In this document: positions 21,799 through 32,269 of the stretch, piece after piece
How the letters are laid out: each line of letters opens with the position of its first letter
How positions within the stretch are numbered: position 1 is the first letter of the stretch
NCBI GenBank assembly: GCA_965197925.1
Contig: CBDAOC010000017.1
Span: 1-64,000, forward strand
From: Nitrososphaerales archaeon
Lineage (GTDB): Archaea > Thermoproteota > Nitrososphaeria > Nitrososphaerales > UBA213
Length of the DNA: 64,000 nucleotides
Direction of reading: 5' to 3'
Translations under genes and position numbers: made by a program
Notes under the pieces: generated by a model
What the model saw: only the letters and a program-made list of their open reading frames with translations
Told to the model about the DNA's origin: nothing
Databases searched by the model: none

Positions 21799-22950
21799 TT
21801 ACCATTTCATTTTTTCTTCCGCCACTGAAAGTGAATTATCACTTGTCTTTATACCAATAATCGAAAGTGCTGACATAATTGCGGATAAAGTTCTCATTAC
21901 ATGATATTTATTAACCTCACCCATTGAACCAACTCTAAATATTTTACCTTTGAGCTCACCGAAACCACCAGCTATTAAAACTCTAAAGTTATTTGCTATC
22001 AATGTTCTAAATATCTTATCTTCCATACCATCCCTATATTTTAGTGCTATAACCGTCCTAGATCTGGCATCTAGATCTACAAATGGATCGAAGCCTAATT
22101 GTGAAAGCGAGGCATAAAAAGCCTCGGCACACATATGGTGACGTTTTATTCTAACATCTATTCCTTCTTCTATTATCAAGTCAAGAGCTTCATCAAAGGC
22201 AAAAAAGAGCGGTAATGATGGTGTAAAAGGTGTCTCCGTTTTATCATCGTAAAATCTGAAGTATCTTGGCAAATTGAAGTAAAGTGTTGGAGGAGGGTTA
22301 TCTATCATGAATTTTTTCGCTCTTGCACTAATAGATATAGGTGCCAACCCAGGAGGTGCAGCAAGAGCTTTTTGGCTTGCAGTTGTACAAATATCAATAT
22401 TCCATTTATCCACTGGTAATTCATCGCCCCCAAGATTGGACACAGCATCAACAACAAAGAATGAACCATATTTGGTGGTCAAATCCTTGGCTTTATCGAG
22501 CCATGTTATCCTGGTTCCAGTTGAGGTTTCATTATACACAACATACAATGCAGTAACATCCTTGTTATTGTCAAATGCTTCTTCAATTTTCTCGTAAGTT
22601 GGTATCTTACCGTAAGGTGCATTAACTCGTATTGTCTTACCGCCTACAGTATCTATCAAGTCCGCTAAGCGTGAACTGAATTCACCATTAACAGGGATAA
22701 TTACTTTGGAGCCCTTTCTGATCAGATTTATTACTGATGCTTCAACACTACCTGTCCCAGAAGTTGTTAAGATTACAATATCGCTCTCTGTCTGGAATAC
22801 CTTCCTTGTCTTCTCCTGAATTCTTTTATATAACTTCCGAAAATCTTCAGACCTATGATTAATAACAGGGGCTGTCATTGCCTGCATAACCCTATGAGGC
22901 ACATTAGTTGGTCCTGGAAGCATCACCAAGTATTCTGGAGGATATTCCAT
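21799..22950 (-). CDS. Class V PLP aminotransferase (alanine-glyoxylate/serine-pyruvate family)
   Basis: MLPGPT, HRS, NETSTG, VDAVS, SQKALAAPPG, TPFTP, FRVGSMG. Confidence 0.93.
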   Translation of the reverse strand: MEYPPEYLVMLPGPTNVPHRVMQAMTAPVINHRSEDFRKLYKRIQEKTRKVFQTESDIVILTTSGTGSVEASVINLIRKGSKVIIPVNGEFSSRLADLIDTVGGKTIRVNAPYGKIPTYEKIEEAFDNNKDVTALYVVYNETSTGTRITWLDKAKDLTTKYGSFFVVDAVSNLGGDELPVDKWNIDICTTASQKALAAPPGLAPISISARAKKFMIDNPPPTLYFNLPRYFRFYDDKTETPFTPSLPLFFAFDEALDLIIEEGIDVRIKRHHMCAEAFYASLSQLGFDPFVDLDARSRTVIALKYRDGMEDKIFRTLIANNFRVLIAGGFGELKGKIFRVGSMGEVNKYHVMRTLSAIMSALSIIGIKTSDNSLSVAEEKMKW

Positions 22951-22995
22951 TGCTGACTCTATATCACTTGTAGATCCGTTATTTATACCCTAATA

Positions 22996-23508
22996 CTATT
23001 TGATTTGTAATAGTTTTATTCTGTTTATTCCATCTATTTCATTTATTATTTCTTTCACATGTTTGGGCAGTAATACTTGCCAGTTTTCATTATTTGTAAT
23101 TCTTCGTCTAATCTCAGTTCCTTCAAGAATTTTGCGTTTCAAATACGGTATCTTCATTACTTTTTTTCCATTTTCTTTGAAAAGCATGCTACTAAATGGA
23201 TCGTTCGTAAAAACAACATCATATCTTGGTATTAACATATCAACTTGACTCACCCATAAGGAGTGAACATTAACGTCGTTGACTGGAACAGCAATCCATC
23301 TCTTTGGATTTATTTTATTCATATCAAGTGCTGCCTTGATCATGGCTAGGCGCTCCCCAGCGGTAAATGGATTTCTTTGCTCAAAGCTTTTCTCTGCACT
23401 GCCTACCGCAATCCAGAGAGTACCCACCTTCTTAAGTGCGAATTGCACGGTATGTAAATGACCTTTGTGAAAAGGTTGGAACCTACCAACAAGCAAACCA
23501 CATTTCAT
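22996..23508 (-). CDS. nadM: Nicotinamide-nucleotide adenylyltransferase (archaeal)
   Basis: GRFQPFHKGH, NPFTAGER, GTEIRR. Confidence 0.93.
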   Translation of the reverse strand: MKCGLLVGRFQPFHKGHLHTVQFALKKVGTLWIAVGSAEKSFEQRNPFTAGERLAMIKAALDMNKINPKRWIAVPVNDVNVHSLWVSQVDMLIPRYDVVFTNDPFSSMLFKENGKKVMKIPYLKRKILEGTEIRRRITNNENWQVLLPKHVKEIINEIDGINRIKLLQIK

Positions 23509-23844
23509 ATATTTGCGTTACTCCGAACGTTATTTAAACAAATTTTGTTAAGACAATTATATACCTAGACAAGTAAAAAACCTAAACATCAAACATTAAA
23601 AACTACTGTCAGTAATTCTAGAATCACTTTGTATGTGGCATCTATATCTCAAGCTGCTGAGTCTACAAAGCTATAATATTTTATGTTAAAATCCTACAGA
23701 CTGCGTCATTGACAATTATTTGAAGAACTGCTACGTTGCGTACTAATTTAGCAGCAAGTGAAGCTCAAAAAACATCATCCTGGTATCTATTTTTATTATG
23801 AGGGGATAGGTTAACTTATTTTACTAGTACACACAAAGTTATTC

Positions 23845-24882
23845 GTGGAATTCGTCAGAATTGACGGTTCATATGGGGAAGGAGGAGGAGAGATCTTACG
23901 AACATCAGTCGCATTGTCGGCGATCATGAGGAAACAAGTAGAAATTGTTAATATTCGAGCAAAGAGAGACAATCCTGGATTACGACCACAGCATGTTAAT
24001 GCAATCAATGCTATAGCTACTTTGTGCGATGCCCATGTTGAAAACGTCCATGTTGGGTCTAGTGCAATAAGATTTATCCCGAAAGAGATGCGAAATGGTT
24101 CAATTAAAGTTGATGTTGGGACAGCAGGAAGTGTAACACTTATACTACAAACAATTATTCCCGCAGCAAGTTTATCTGAGAAACATGTGGAAATCGAATT
24201 GAGAGGAGGTACCGACGTGCGATGGAGTCCAGCGTTGGATTATCTCCGCTTTGTTGTGCAACCCGCGTATAGCATGATTGGGATTGAATTTGACGTGGAT
24301 GTGCAGAGAAGAGGTTATTATCCTGTTGGCGGAGGTATTATAAAAGCAACTATAGAACCTTGTGCTAATCCTGTTACATTTGATCTGATCAATGCTCCAA
24401 GAATAGACCCTATGATGGTAAGCGTATGCTCTTCTCTTCCTGCACACGTTGCACAGAGGCAGATAGCTGCTGCTCTTACGAAATTGCAGAAAGCTGGTGT
24501 GTCATGCGACACCTATTCTGTGTCTATTGAACATTCTAGTTCTCCCGGCTCTTCAATTCTAGTCTATTCTGTAAGTAACTTTGGCCCGTTTATAGGTGGT
24601 GATGCAATAGGTGAAAAAGGTAAACGGGCAGAAGAAGTGGGTGTTGATGCCGCTGGGAAGTTTCTTACAGCTTATAAAAGTAATGCGCCAGTAGATGAAT
24701 ACTTGGCTGATATGCTTGTCCTTCCACTATGCCTTACAAATGGCAGGTCAAGGTTCATCATAAACAGAGCATCGCAACATCTCAATACGAATCTCTATAT
24801 AACTAGTAAAATCGTTGGATGTAAATATGAAATAACTAGGATTTATGACAATTACATGGTCATGATAGAAGGCAGATCCTAA
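23845..24882 (+). CDS. rtcA: RNA 3'-terminal phosphate cyclase
   Basis: IDGSYGEGGG, PGLRPQH, GTAGS, GGTDV, RRGYYPVGGG, LADML, HLNTN. Confidence 0.95.
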   Translation: MEFVRIDGSYGEGGGEILRTSVALSAIMRKQVEIVNIRAKRDNPGLRPQHVNAINAIATLCDAHVENVHVGSSAIRFIPKEMRNGSIKVDVGTAGSVTLILQTIIPAASLSEKHVEIELRGGTDVRWSPALDYLRFVVQPAYSMIGIEFDVDVQRRGYYPVGGGIIKATIEPCANPVTFDLINAPRIDPMMVSVCSSLPAHVAQRQIAAALTKLQKAGVSCDTYSVSIEHSSSPGSSILVYSVSNFGPFIGGDAIGEKGKRAEEVGVDAAGKFLTAYKSNAPVDEYLADMLVLPLCLTNGRSRFIINRASQHLNTNLYITSKIVGCKYEITRIYDNYMVMIEGRS

Positions 24883-25380
24883 ATGGGCTTGCATTAGGCA
24901 ATGCTGCTAAGAAAGCATATCCATTGATTCCCTAATTATCCTAAATTTAAATTACCCCGGCAAATAATCATCTCTTAATTGTGAAATCCAGGTAAACGTC
25001 TATATTTGTTGTTTCGCTACAATATTCTAGGTTCTTATATATTTTCCAAAAAACACATTATCTAATACACACAGGTTGTTAACCATTATTATGATATCGT
25101 AGTTTGAATCGAGTATTGAGATCGAGACTATAAGGGTTTTTTGATACAATTAGCAACAAGAATAATTAAAGCAGGGAATGTCACCTTGTTTAATTTTTCA
25201 GTGATTTTATTATTGGTGATGTTGATTCTGTGGATTCTTACTACCGTCATCAGCATTGGCAGAAATTGTAATCCAATGAAAACCCAGTCATTACCCATAC
25301 TAACAGAAAGTAGATAGTTATAAGTTGAGAGAGAATTTAAAATTTGGGGTTCAACGCCGAATCATTTTAGAACTCTATCT

Positions 25381-25944
25381 ATGTGTAATTTGCAATCAGA
25401 AAACATAAAAGCAAAACAGATCTCAGATATCATAATGTGGTTGACTAGAGGTAAGATAGTTATAATGATCATTTTTGTTGGTATCACTGCTACCCTTGCA
25501 GGGCTTGTTGAATTTACAAATTGGGAAGGAGAAGATATTAGACCTAAGATTACCGTTACTTTTGAAAATATAATGATGAAGAAAATTGACAATGATAATC
25601 CTGACCTTATGATTTTACAGGTTGATTTTGCAATCTTAAATGAGACAGAGCAGACCTTGGTGGTATCAAGGATAGCTCACGATCTGTATGCAAATGAAAA
25701 TATCATAGGTAGAGGCAATTTGTCACTGGAAGATATTCCTCTTACTGGAAGAGCACCTTTATTTCCTGGTTCGATTACGACGTTACCTTCTGAAATGAAT
25801 CTTCGTAAATCGGCAGATATTATGGAAATATGGGACAAGTTGTTCAATAACGATACTGAAGGAATAGTATGGCGGACTGAAGGAGTGGCACAAATAGAAT
25901 CAGCGTTTAGCATAATTGAGGTTGAATTCAATTCTACACTTTAG
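25381..25944 (+). CDS. Membrane-anchored LEA_2-like hypothetical protein
   Basis: N-terminal TM helix then a beta-rich domain; true start probably near MWLTRGK (25435). Confidence 0.65.
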   Translation: MCNLQSENIKAKQISDIIMWLTRGKIVIMIIFVGITATLAGLVEFTNWEGEDIRPKITVTFENIMMKKIDNDNPDLMILQVDFAILNETEQTLVVSRIAHDLYANENIIGRGNLSLEDIPLTGRAPLFPGSITTLPSEMNLRKSADIMEIWDKLFNNDTEGIVWRTEGVAQIESAFSIIEVEFNSTL

Positions 25945-26282
25945 TAACCATTCATTTGTCTTTCCCTATTTATGGAGTTTTTCTTTTGGTATTCTTCAAG
26001 GATGTCTTTAGGTTCCATTTCCAGTTCAATTGAAGCTTGGACTAGAAAATGCCAAATATCTATTAGTTCTTCCCTAGCCTTCCCCTCATCAAACTTTACA
26101 GGAGTTTTCCACCATTTCCAGTTCGTTAATCTTTGCAGCTCAACTGCCTCATGAATGATTCCTGTACATAGATTAGCAATTCGTTCTTCAGTTGTAGTTG
26201 GAATTCTGTGCCTTTTAATCACTGATACAAATTGTTTTTGCATCTCGAAAATAGATTCTAGCGGGTCTCCCATAATAAGCAT
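25941..26282 (-). CDS. All-alpha (dimeric) dUTPase-like NTP pyrophosphatase
   Basis: HEAVEL, WKWWK, EELIDIWHF, KKNSINRERQ..GY. Confidence 0.88.
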   Translation of the reverse strand: MLIMGDPLESIFEMQKQFVSVIKRHRIPTTTEERIANLCTGIIHEAVELQRLTNWKWWKTPVKFDEGKAREELIDIWHFLVQASIELEMEPKDILEEYQKKNSINRERQMNGY

Positions 26283-26547
26283 TAAAGTTTAGGGTTATTA
26301 AGAATTTTTGGAGCCTGACAGAAAATTGTCAAAAAGTAGAAATCGTCGGTCTTAAGGTACATACAATGGAAGTCTTGAATAAATCTGTTATTTTTTTCAT
26401 TTCTGAATGAGAGCATAGGAATTTCAATCTGTCTAAGATTTGTTTATACCGATTTCAATCTGGTCTTTATTTCAAATTACCATTAGGTGTTGTTAAATGA
26501 AGTTAACTTGTAGAACGTTAATAATTAATCATTCATAATTGATACTT

Positions 26548-26776
26548 ATGCCAAGGGGGAGATCTGCAAAGATAGTTAGGAGTAGAGTGATCAAATTGAA
26601 AGAGATTGCTTTATCCCCAAGTAATACTTACAGTGAACGAATGCGTGCAATTGATCTGCTAGGCCAATTGGATGAAAACGCATATGACGAACTTGCATTT
26701 ATCGCGGCTTGGTCTTACCTATGGCGAGAAAATGAATGCGCTACAACTACTCGAGAAGATAGTTGGAAAAACCTAG
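26548..26776 (+). pseudogene. Small helical-repeat protein, frameshifted near 26710
   Basis: TYSERMRAIDLL is matched by TYGEKMNALQLL in the shifted frame, ending KT* at 26776. Confidence 0.6.
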
Positions 26777-28347
26777 GACACTACGAATGTTGAAGTAGCA
26801 AAATTGCTTGACATTGTACATGGGTATATCAAACTTTCCCATAGAAAAATCTTCATTGTATATCTTCCTTCCTCTTCTGGAGTCCATGACAAAACTGTAA
26901 TCATTGATTCTTTCGACAATATATTCCCATCAATCCATGAAAGCATAACTGTTGCACCGTCAGAATCTATTACTTGTAGAATATAGATGAATTTTTGCTT
27001 TTTATCTATATTATTCGTAACTGTTGACTGCAGTTGTAGTTGTTCTCCAATCTTAGCTGTAAATTCTTTGCTACTTACTATTGGTTGTAGTGTATACACT
27101 AAGCGAGAAGAAAACTGGTCGTCCATCTGTTCGGATAAAAACTTCAAATCGTTTCCAGTTAATATGTAATGCATTGCAGTTTTTCCCTCATATGAATAAG
27201 GGTCTACCAAAAACAGTCTGTCATGCAACAATGCACCATTTAATGTAGCTTCAAATGAATCTGCAGTTATGATTTCCTTGAATGTATTAGGAATTATTAT
27301 TTCTACATGGATTGTACTCTTGACATCAGCCTCATTTGTAAATAATATCATAGTTTTGGTTTTTTCGTCATACCTGAAATCGATCAACTGATTTTCATAA
27401 GTTCTTACCTGTAATTGATGTATCCTCCCGCGTTCATCAACAACATGAATTGATTCCCCTAATATTGCTTTAAAATGGGGCAGAACCGGTTTGCTCTTGA
27501 TAGGAATTCTATCAATAATATTGTTTTCAGTGTCTTTTATGATAATGTCATCTATCTTCATCGTGTCAACTCCAGGCAAAAATTGATTGTCCTCATTGGC
27601 TTCGTATATGCGAATCATTCGATCACCATTTTCTGAAAACATTGATACGTAGTGCTCACTCTCAGCCATTAGTGTATAATATCCCATAGTTGGATGTGTC
27701 ATGACCACAAACTTACCATTTTCCAAAGGAACTAACTGTCTGGATATAGTCTGCATACTGTAGCTATAGTATTGACCTCTCTCATCATACCAGATAGCAA
27801 TTACCTTTACAACTTTTGTTAAGTCACCCATATTCTTCACAATAGCAGATATCTCTGCATGTGCGTGTGAGTCATGTGTTTCGATAGTGTTTCCATGAGG
27901 ATTTCTAACCTGCTTTGAGTTAGGATCGATGTGGGTCCATACAAAGGCTTTGATGTCGGAGAATACCAACTTGTCTGCTACGGGCTGGGCAATCTTCCAT
28001 TTAAGAGAAAGAGTATAGAAGGAGACATTACTGCTCACCCTTTTGTCACTTATCGGTATATCAAAAGGTGCCACGTAACCTTCTGGGATGGTTCTTAACA
28101 GAGTATACGTGTCGTAAGTAGGAAGGACGTTTCCCTTTTCATCATATAGAGATGCGGTTACATGCACAAGCCTTACTGCATTATTGCTAGCATTTTCAAC
28201 TATGCCTGATATATGCACCATGCCAGCAGAATCTACTGACATTCTATGTCCTAATACTTTCACTTGGTCGTAACCATAAACATCCACAAAGGTAAAGATG
28301 TTTACAGATAATATTGTAATTAAGGTTAGCATGACAATTCTTCCCAT
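26773..28347 (-). CDS. Secreted surface protein (FxLYD-like N-terminal domain, thaumarchaeal Ig-like C-terminal module)
   Basis: Signal peptide; VHISGIVEN...ASLYDEKG; C-terminal STVTN...FIYILQVID...LSW...SWTP...IFLWES. Confidence 0.8.
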   Translation of the reverse strand: MGRIVMLTLITILSVNIFTFVDVYGYDQVKVLGHRMSVDSAGMVHISGIVENASNNAVRLVHVTASLYDEKGNVLPTYDTYTLLRTIPEGYVAPFDIPISDKRVSSNVSFYTLSLKWKIAQPVADKLVFSDIKAFVWTHIDPNSKQVRNPHGNTIETHDSHAHAEISAIVKNMGDLTKVVKVIAIWYDERGQYYSYSMQTISRQLVPLENGKFVVMTHPTMGYYTLMAESEHYVSMFSENGDRMIRIYEANEDNQFLPGVDTMKIDDIIIKDTENNIIDRIPIKSKPVLPHFKAILGESIHVVDERGRIHQLQVRTYENQLIDFRYDEKTKTMILFTNEADVKSTIHVEIIIPNTFKEIITADSFEATLNGALLHDRLFLVDPYSYEGKTAMHYILTGNDLKFLSEQMDDQFSSRLVYTLQPIVSSKEFTAKIGEQLQLQSTVTNNIDKKQKFIYILQVIDSDGATVMLSWIDGNILSKESMITVLSWTPEEEGRYTMKIFLWESLIYPCTMSSNFATSTFVVS

Positions 28348-28614
28348 GATATTCCCTCTCAGTTGCAGAGCTAATCTTATAAAGGTAACAGTATCAGGTT
28401 CTGTTGCATTATGGAGACCTGAAATATGGATCTTCTTCCTCTCTGAATTGAAAACAAGGTTCTGTGAAGTTATCAGGTGCTGGGATTTTCAGGCTCAAAA
28501 TCACTGTTTGACACTCAACAAACTATTAATATAATCTGATAGCTCAACTATATCTTACCGAAAAAATGCTGAAGAACTTAACATTACCTTATCTGATCTT
28601 CAATCAACACATGA

Positions 28615-29661
28615 TCATTTCGTAGGAACCAGCAATATAACATTGTACCATTTTTTCTTATCAATCCACGTTTGTACCACCTGAAAACTACCTTCTATTA
28701 AATTTTCAATTTGTTCAGCTGTAAATTTGTATGAACTTTCGGTATGGATTTTCTCGCCTTTTCTAAAACTAATAATTTCTCCTATACCTGAAATTTTAAC
28801 TTCCTGTTCTACCTTCGAGATCAGATGCATCTCGACTCTCCTTTTCGATTCATTGTAAAAAGCATAGTGTTCAAATTTATCAGGGCAGAAATTACCTCCT
28901 AGTTCACGGTTAATCCTCGATAGAATATTCATATTAAATTGTGCTGTAAAACCTTTCAAATCGTTATACGCAGCATTTAAAATGCCACTATCTTTATGCA
29001 AATCGAGCCCTATTAAAAACATATCTTGATCTTGAATGTGGTTTCTGATCATCCGCATAAACTTCTTACCTTCTTCAGGTTCAAGGTTTCCAAGACTAGA
29101 GCCTAAAAATAGTACTAATTTTCTAGAGGCAAGTCCTTTCTTGATTAAGGCCATTCCTTCATAATACTCAGCAACCACCGCAGTAATTGATAGACTTTGG
29201 TATTTGTCCAGTAGGTTTACAGAACTTTCCATTAGCATATCATAGGAAATATCTAACGGAACATAATGCACAGAAGATAGTCTTGCGATCAGTTTGTCCA
29301 ATATAATTCTGGTTTTTTCTGAATTGCCACTACCAAGCTCAACCAGTGTTATTTCATTACACATGTTGGCAATTTTATCTGATGACGACTCTAGGATTGA
29401 ACTCTCCATCCTAGTAATATAATATTCAGGTTGCTCACAAATTTGCTTGAATAACTTGGAACCTCTTTCATCATAAAGATATTTAGGGTGCAGGAATTTG
29501 TGTTTGCTATTAAGACCAGTTCTCACTGCAAGCGCGAATAGATTAAGATTATGATCGTTTGGTGTAAAATAAAGTTGCAATTTATCATTTATTGGTTCTT
29601 TTTTGAAATTGTTTCTTGGTGTCAAACTTATATTGGAAATGTTCATATGATTTCCTCGCAT
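28615..29661 (-). CDS. egtD: L-histidine N-alpha-methyltransferase (EgtD family)
   Basis: PKYLYDERGSKLF, EYYITR, ELGSGNSEKT, FLGSSLGN, IGLDL, AAYND, RVEMHL, IHTESSYKF. Confidence 0.9.
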   Translation of the reverse strand: MRGNHMNISNISLTPRNNFKKEPINDKLQLYFTPNDHNLNLFALAVRTGLNSKHKFLHPKYLYDERGSKLFKQICEQPEYYITRMESSILESSSDKIANMCNEITLVELGSGNSEKTRIILDKLIARLSSVHYVPLDISYDMLMESSVNLLDKYQSLSITAVVAEYYEGMALIKKGLASRKLVLFLGSSLGNLEPEEGKKFMRMIRNHIQDQDMFLIGLDLHKDSGILNAAYNDLKGFTAQFNMNILSRINRELGGNFCPDKFEHYAFYNESKRRVEMHLISKVEQEVKISGIGEIISFRKGEKIHTESSYKFTAEQIENLIEGSFQVVQTWIDKKKWYNVILLVPTK

Positions 29662-29950
29662 CTGTATATCAATTGGGTAGCTTTTGAATATTTCTAATTA
29701 TTTGAAGATGAAACCTACGCCTTTATTGTGAGATTACAATCAATTAGCAATTTTCCATTTGAGGTTGGCTTAACCGTAATCTTTCCTCTCTCTACCTCAA
29801 TTGATGTAAATCACCGATAAAATTTTAGCCTTAAACAGTTCAATATCAAGTAGAATCTAAAGACTATTCTTTCTAATATTTTACCTTTACAAAGTTTATT
29901 ATTGAACGGTTTAACGTTTTATTAAAATACAATACATAATATCAATATTT

Positions 29951-30479
29951 ATGGTTATGAATAAGAAAGGTTCAATTCAGTTGGGTTACAATATAAAAAG
30001 AGCTCTAATACTCGGTCTGATTTTTGGCATGGGTAGTGTATTAGTATACTTGTTTGTAGTAATTACAACACCTGCTTTATCTCCGGCAGTCGCTATTAGT
30101 GCCGTCTTTCAAATCAATTCAATAATTGTTATAGGGATGGGTATTGGTGTTGGATTACAAATGTTTCTTTCAACTTTCAGCAGTGGTCTTGGATGTAGGT
30201 TAGACGTGAAGCGAAGAGTATCAGCAGGCAACAGTGGGGGTGCTGCTATGACTGGTTTTTTTTCATTCTTTTCACTCATACCACTGGGTTGCTGCGGCAC
30301 AGCTCTACATACTTTCATTGTTGCCAAGCGTGGTTGGTACTGGGATATCAGCAGGCTTGATAGCGTACAGTCAAGCGTTGGCGTATCTTGGTATAATAGT
30401 CATCTTTGGATTCAATGGTATAACCATCTATAAGTTAAGAAAGGAAATAGCACGTACTCGTACATTGGGATGGACTTAG
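29951..30479 (+). pseudogene. Four-TM membrane protein with a CC motif, frameshifted near 30300
   Basis: After LGCCG the hydrophobic pattern continues in another frame (LYILSLLPSVVGTGISAGLIAYSQALAYLGIIVIFGF...*). Confidence 0.7.
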
Positions 30480-30544
30480 TTTCATAGTTATTTTCCTTAA
30501 AACTAACCCCACTCTTTCTTACGAGTCATAACCTTTTGTATGTT

Positions 30545-31078
30545 TTATTCTTGAAAAGGCATGATATAATTCTCAAGTAATACAGGCTTTGCAACCTCAT
30601 TAACTATTGCAAAAGTTTGACCATCATACCTACATTTCACAGCTGACATTCTCTTCTTGGTCAACAATCCAGTCGCGAGTTTATAATACTCTTGTATCTG
30701 CCTATGTTGATAACCAGAATCATCTTTGCCCCTGAACCGCCTCTTACTCATGAACTTGAATGCAAGAATTGCATATTTTTTTTCATATAGCCTAAAAACG
30801 TCAAGTATCTTTGCACATCTTTCTATCTGGTCAGACGGAACATACAAACTGTCAGAGGTACCGGTTTTTGCTTCTAAGGTAAGCAATATCCTTTCATTGT
30901 TATTCACTGCAACTATGTCTGGAAAGCCTTTGCTGGAGCCACCAAATCTCCTGGCATACCAAGTGTCTTTAGAATTCAAACGTTTTACTAGGCTATGTTC
31001 GAAATTGTATCCACGCCATCTACTAGTGTTACCCATCATAGTCACCAGTAGGATTCTGTTTATATGGAGTAATATCAA
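30545..31078 (-). CDS. Holliday junction resolvase-like PD-(D/E)xK nuclease (Hjc family)
   Basis: RGYNFEHSLV, GFPDIVA, LEAKT, QIER; true start probably MMGNTS (about 31039). Confidence 0.8.
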   Translation of the reverse strand: MILLHINRILLVTMMGNTSRWRGYNFEHSLVKRLNSKDTWYARRFGGSSKGFPDIVAVNNNERILLTLEAKTGTSDSLYVPSDQIERCAKILDVFRLYEKKYAILAFKFMSKRRFRGKDDSGYQHRQIQEYYKLATGLLTKKRMSAVKCRYDGQTFAIVNEVAKPVLLENYIMPFQE

Positions 31079-31221
31079 AAGTAACAGACCTGCTTCGATT
31101 CATTTTGATACCTATGAGGTGATAACTTTATCAAATACTTTTTGGTCGTGCAAGTTTACCATAAAGATTAGATTTCTAGTATCCAATACATGATCATTCG
31201 AAACCAACAATTGAGATACCC

Positions 31222-31362
31222 TCACTCTATGAAATATTTCCTGATTATCTGCTCCATTCTCAGGTGTCTTATTTCAGTGTATATGCCGTGTTTATCCTTC
31301 AAGTGCTTTAAAACAAAACGTACCTCGTTGCCACATAGCTTGCATTTGGCCTTACCAAACAT
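31222..31362 (-). CDS. 46-aa C2H2-type zinc-finger microprotein (below the ORF-track cutoff)
   Basis: MFGKAKCKLCGNEVRFVLKHLKDKHGIYTEIRHLRMEQIIRKYFIE; CxxC...HxxxxH; TATA-like TTTAATA about 25 bp upstream. Confidence 0.75.
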   Translation of the reverse strand: MFGKAKCKLCGNEVRFVLKHLKDKHGIYTEIRHLRMEQIIRKYFIE

Positions 31363-31393
31363 TATATTGTAAATTGTTGTAATACTATTAAAT

Positions 31394-31552
31394 TTATGTG
31401 GTTTGTTTCTTTTTCTGGACCATAATAATTGCTCCTGCGATTAGCCATAGGGGAATAGCTATGAGGTAATTGCGGTTGAGAGCGAACAAGCCACCTGCAA
31501 TTGCACAAACTATACCTGTAACACCTAGAATCTGTTTTGTTCTTTTCTTCAA
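31394..31552 (-). CDS. 52-aa two-TM membrane microprotein (below the ORF-track cutoff)
   Basis: TTG start; KKRTKQILGVTGIVCAIAGGLFALNRNYLIAIPLWLIAGAIIMVQKKKQTT, with basic ends flanking two helices. Confidence 0.6.
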   Translation of the reverse strand: MKKRTKQILGVTGIVCAIAGGLFALNRNYLIAIPLWLIAGAIIMVQKKKQTT

Positions 31553-31589
31553 ACTATATTGTCCCGCCACAACAGAACTTTAGGTTTTA

Positions 31590-32246
31590 CTAATCAACAA
31601 TAATACTTACATTCATAACATCTGATAATGGTACAGAATTCTCTATCGTATCCCAGAGAAAGATTTCTATCGCATATTTCCCACTTAATTCAGGAATCCA
31701 TGACCCCCACATTGGAAGTACCTCACCAATAGGTATTTTATACTCGTCCCACGAAAGAAATTCAGTAAACCCGTTAGAATCCTTGATCAGAACAATAAAT
31801 GTCACAGCAATTTTGAATGGCCTGTCATTCTCTATATCAGACTCAATTATTAAAGTCTGACCTACCTTTCCCCGCGCTTCCTGAAACACCCCAGGGAACA
31901 CCGTCAATATCAGGCTACCACTATTATCAATGAAATATTTCTTTACAGAAGAAGGCTTAGATATCCCAGAATCATAATAAGCATTCGCGTATATTCTATA
32001 CTGCCCATCTTCATATATAGTAGTATCAAGAGCAAAATCGAAAGGTACTCGATGCTTCGTATCCACAAGTTCGTTTTGTACATACAATTCAACCTCCTCC
32101 ACATCTTGTCCAATAGCCGCCACACTTAGAGTGGTATTACCTTGTAATACTTCTTCTTTCGGTAAAAGTATTGCTACAATTAAATCAGAATCATCAATAA
32201 TAACAAAATCTATTGTTTGACATTGATGTCCACTATCTCCAAACAA
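31590..32246 (-). pseudogene. C-terminal remnant of a surface protein (Ig-like domain + thaumarchaeal C-terminal module), cut by the adjacent IS
   Basis: No signal peptide; VEEVELYV...PFDFALDTT...DGQY; SDIEN...LIKDSNG...LSW...SWIP...IFLWD; IS end at 32270. Confidence 0.7.
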
Positions 32247-32269
32247 CTCCCTTTGTGGACATGCCTTAA

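Noticed and set aside
30726..31193. 155-aa plus-strand ORF and similar antisense ORFs (128-433, 15628-16080, 44081-44416, 52050-52481, 61326-61730)
   Set aside because: Shadow frames opposite well-supported genes or transposases, with no motifs.
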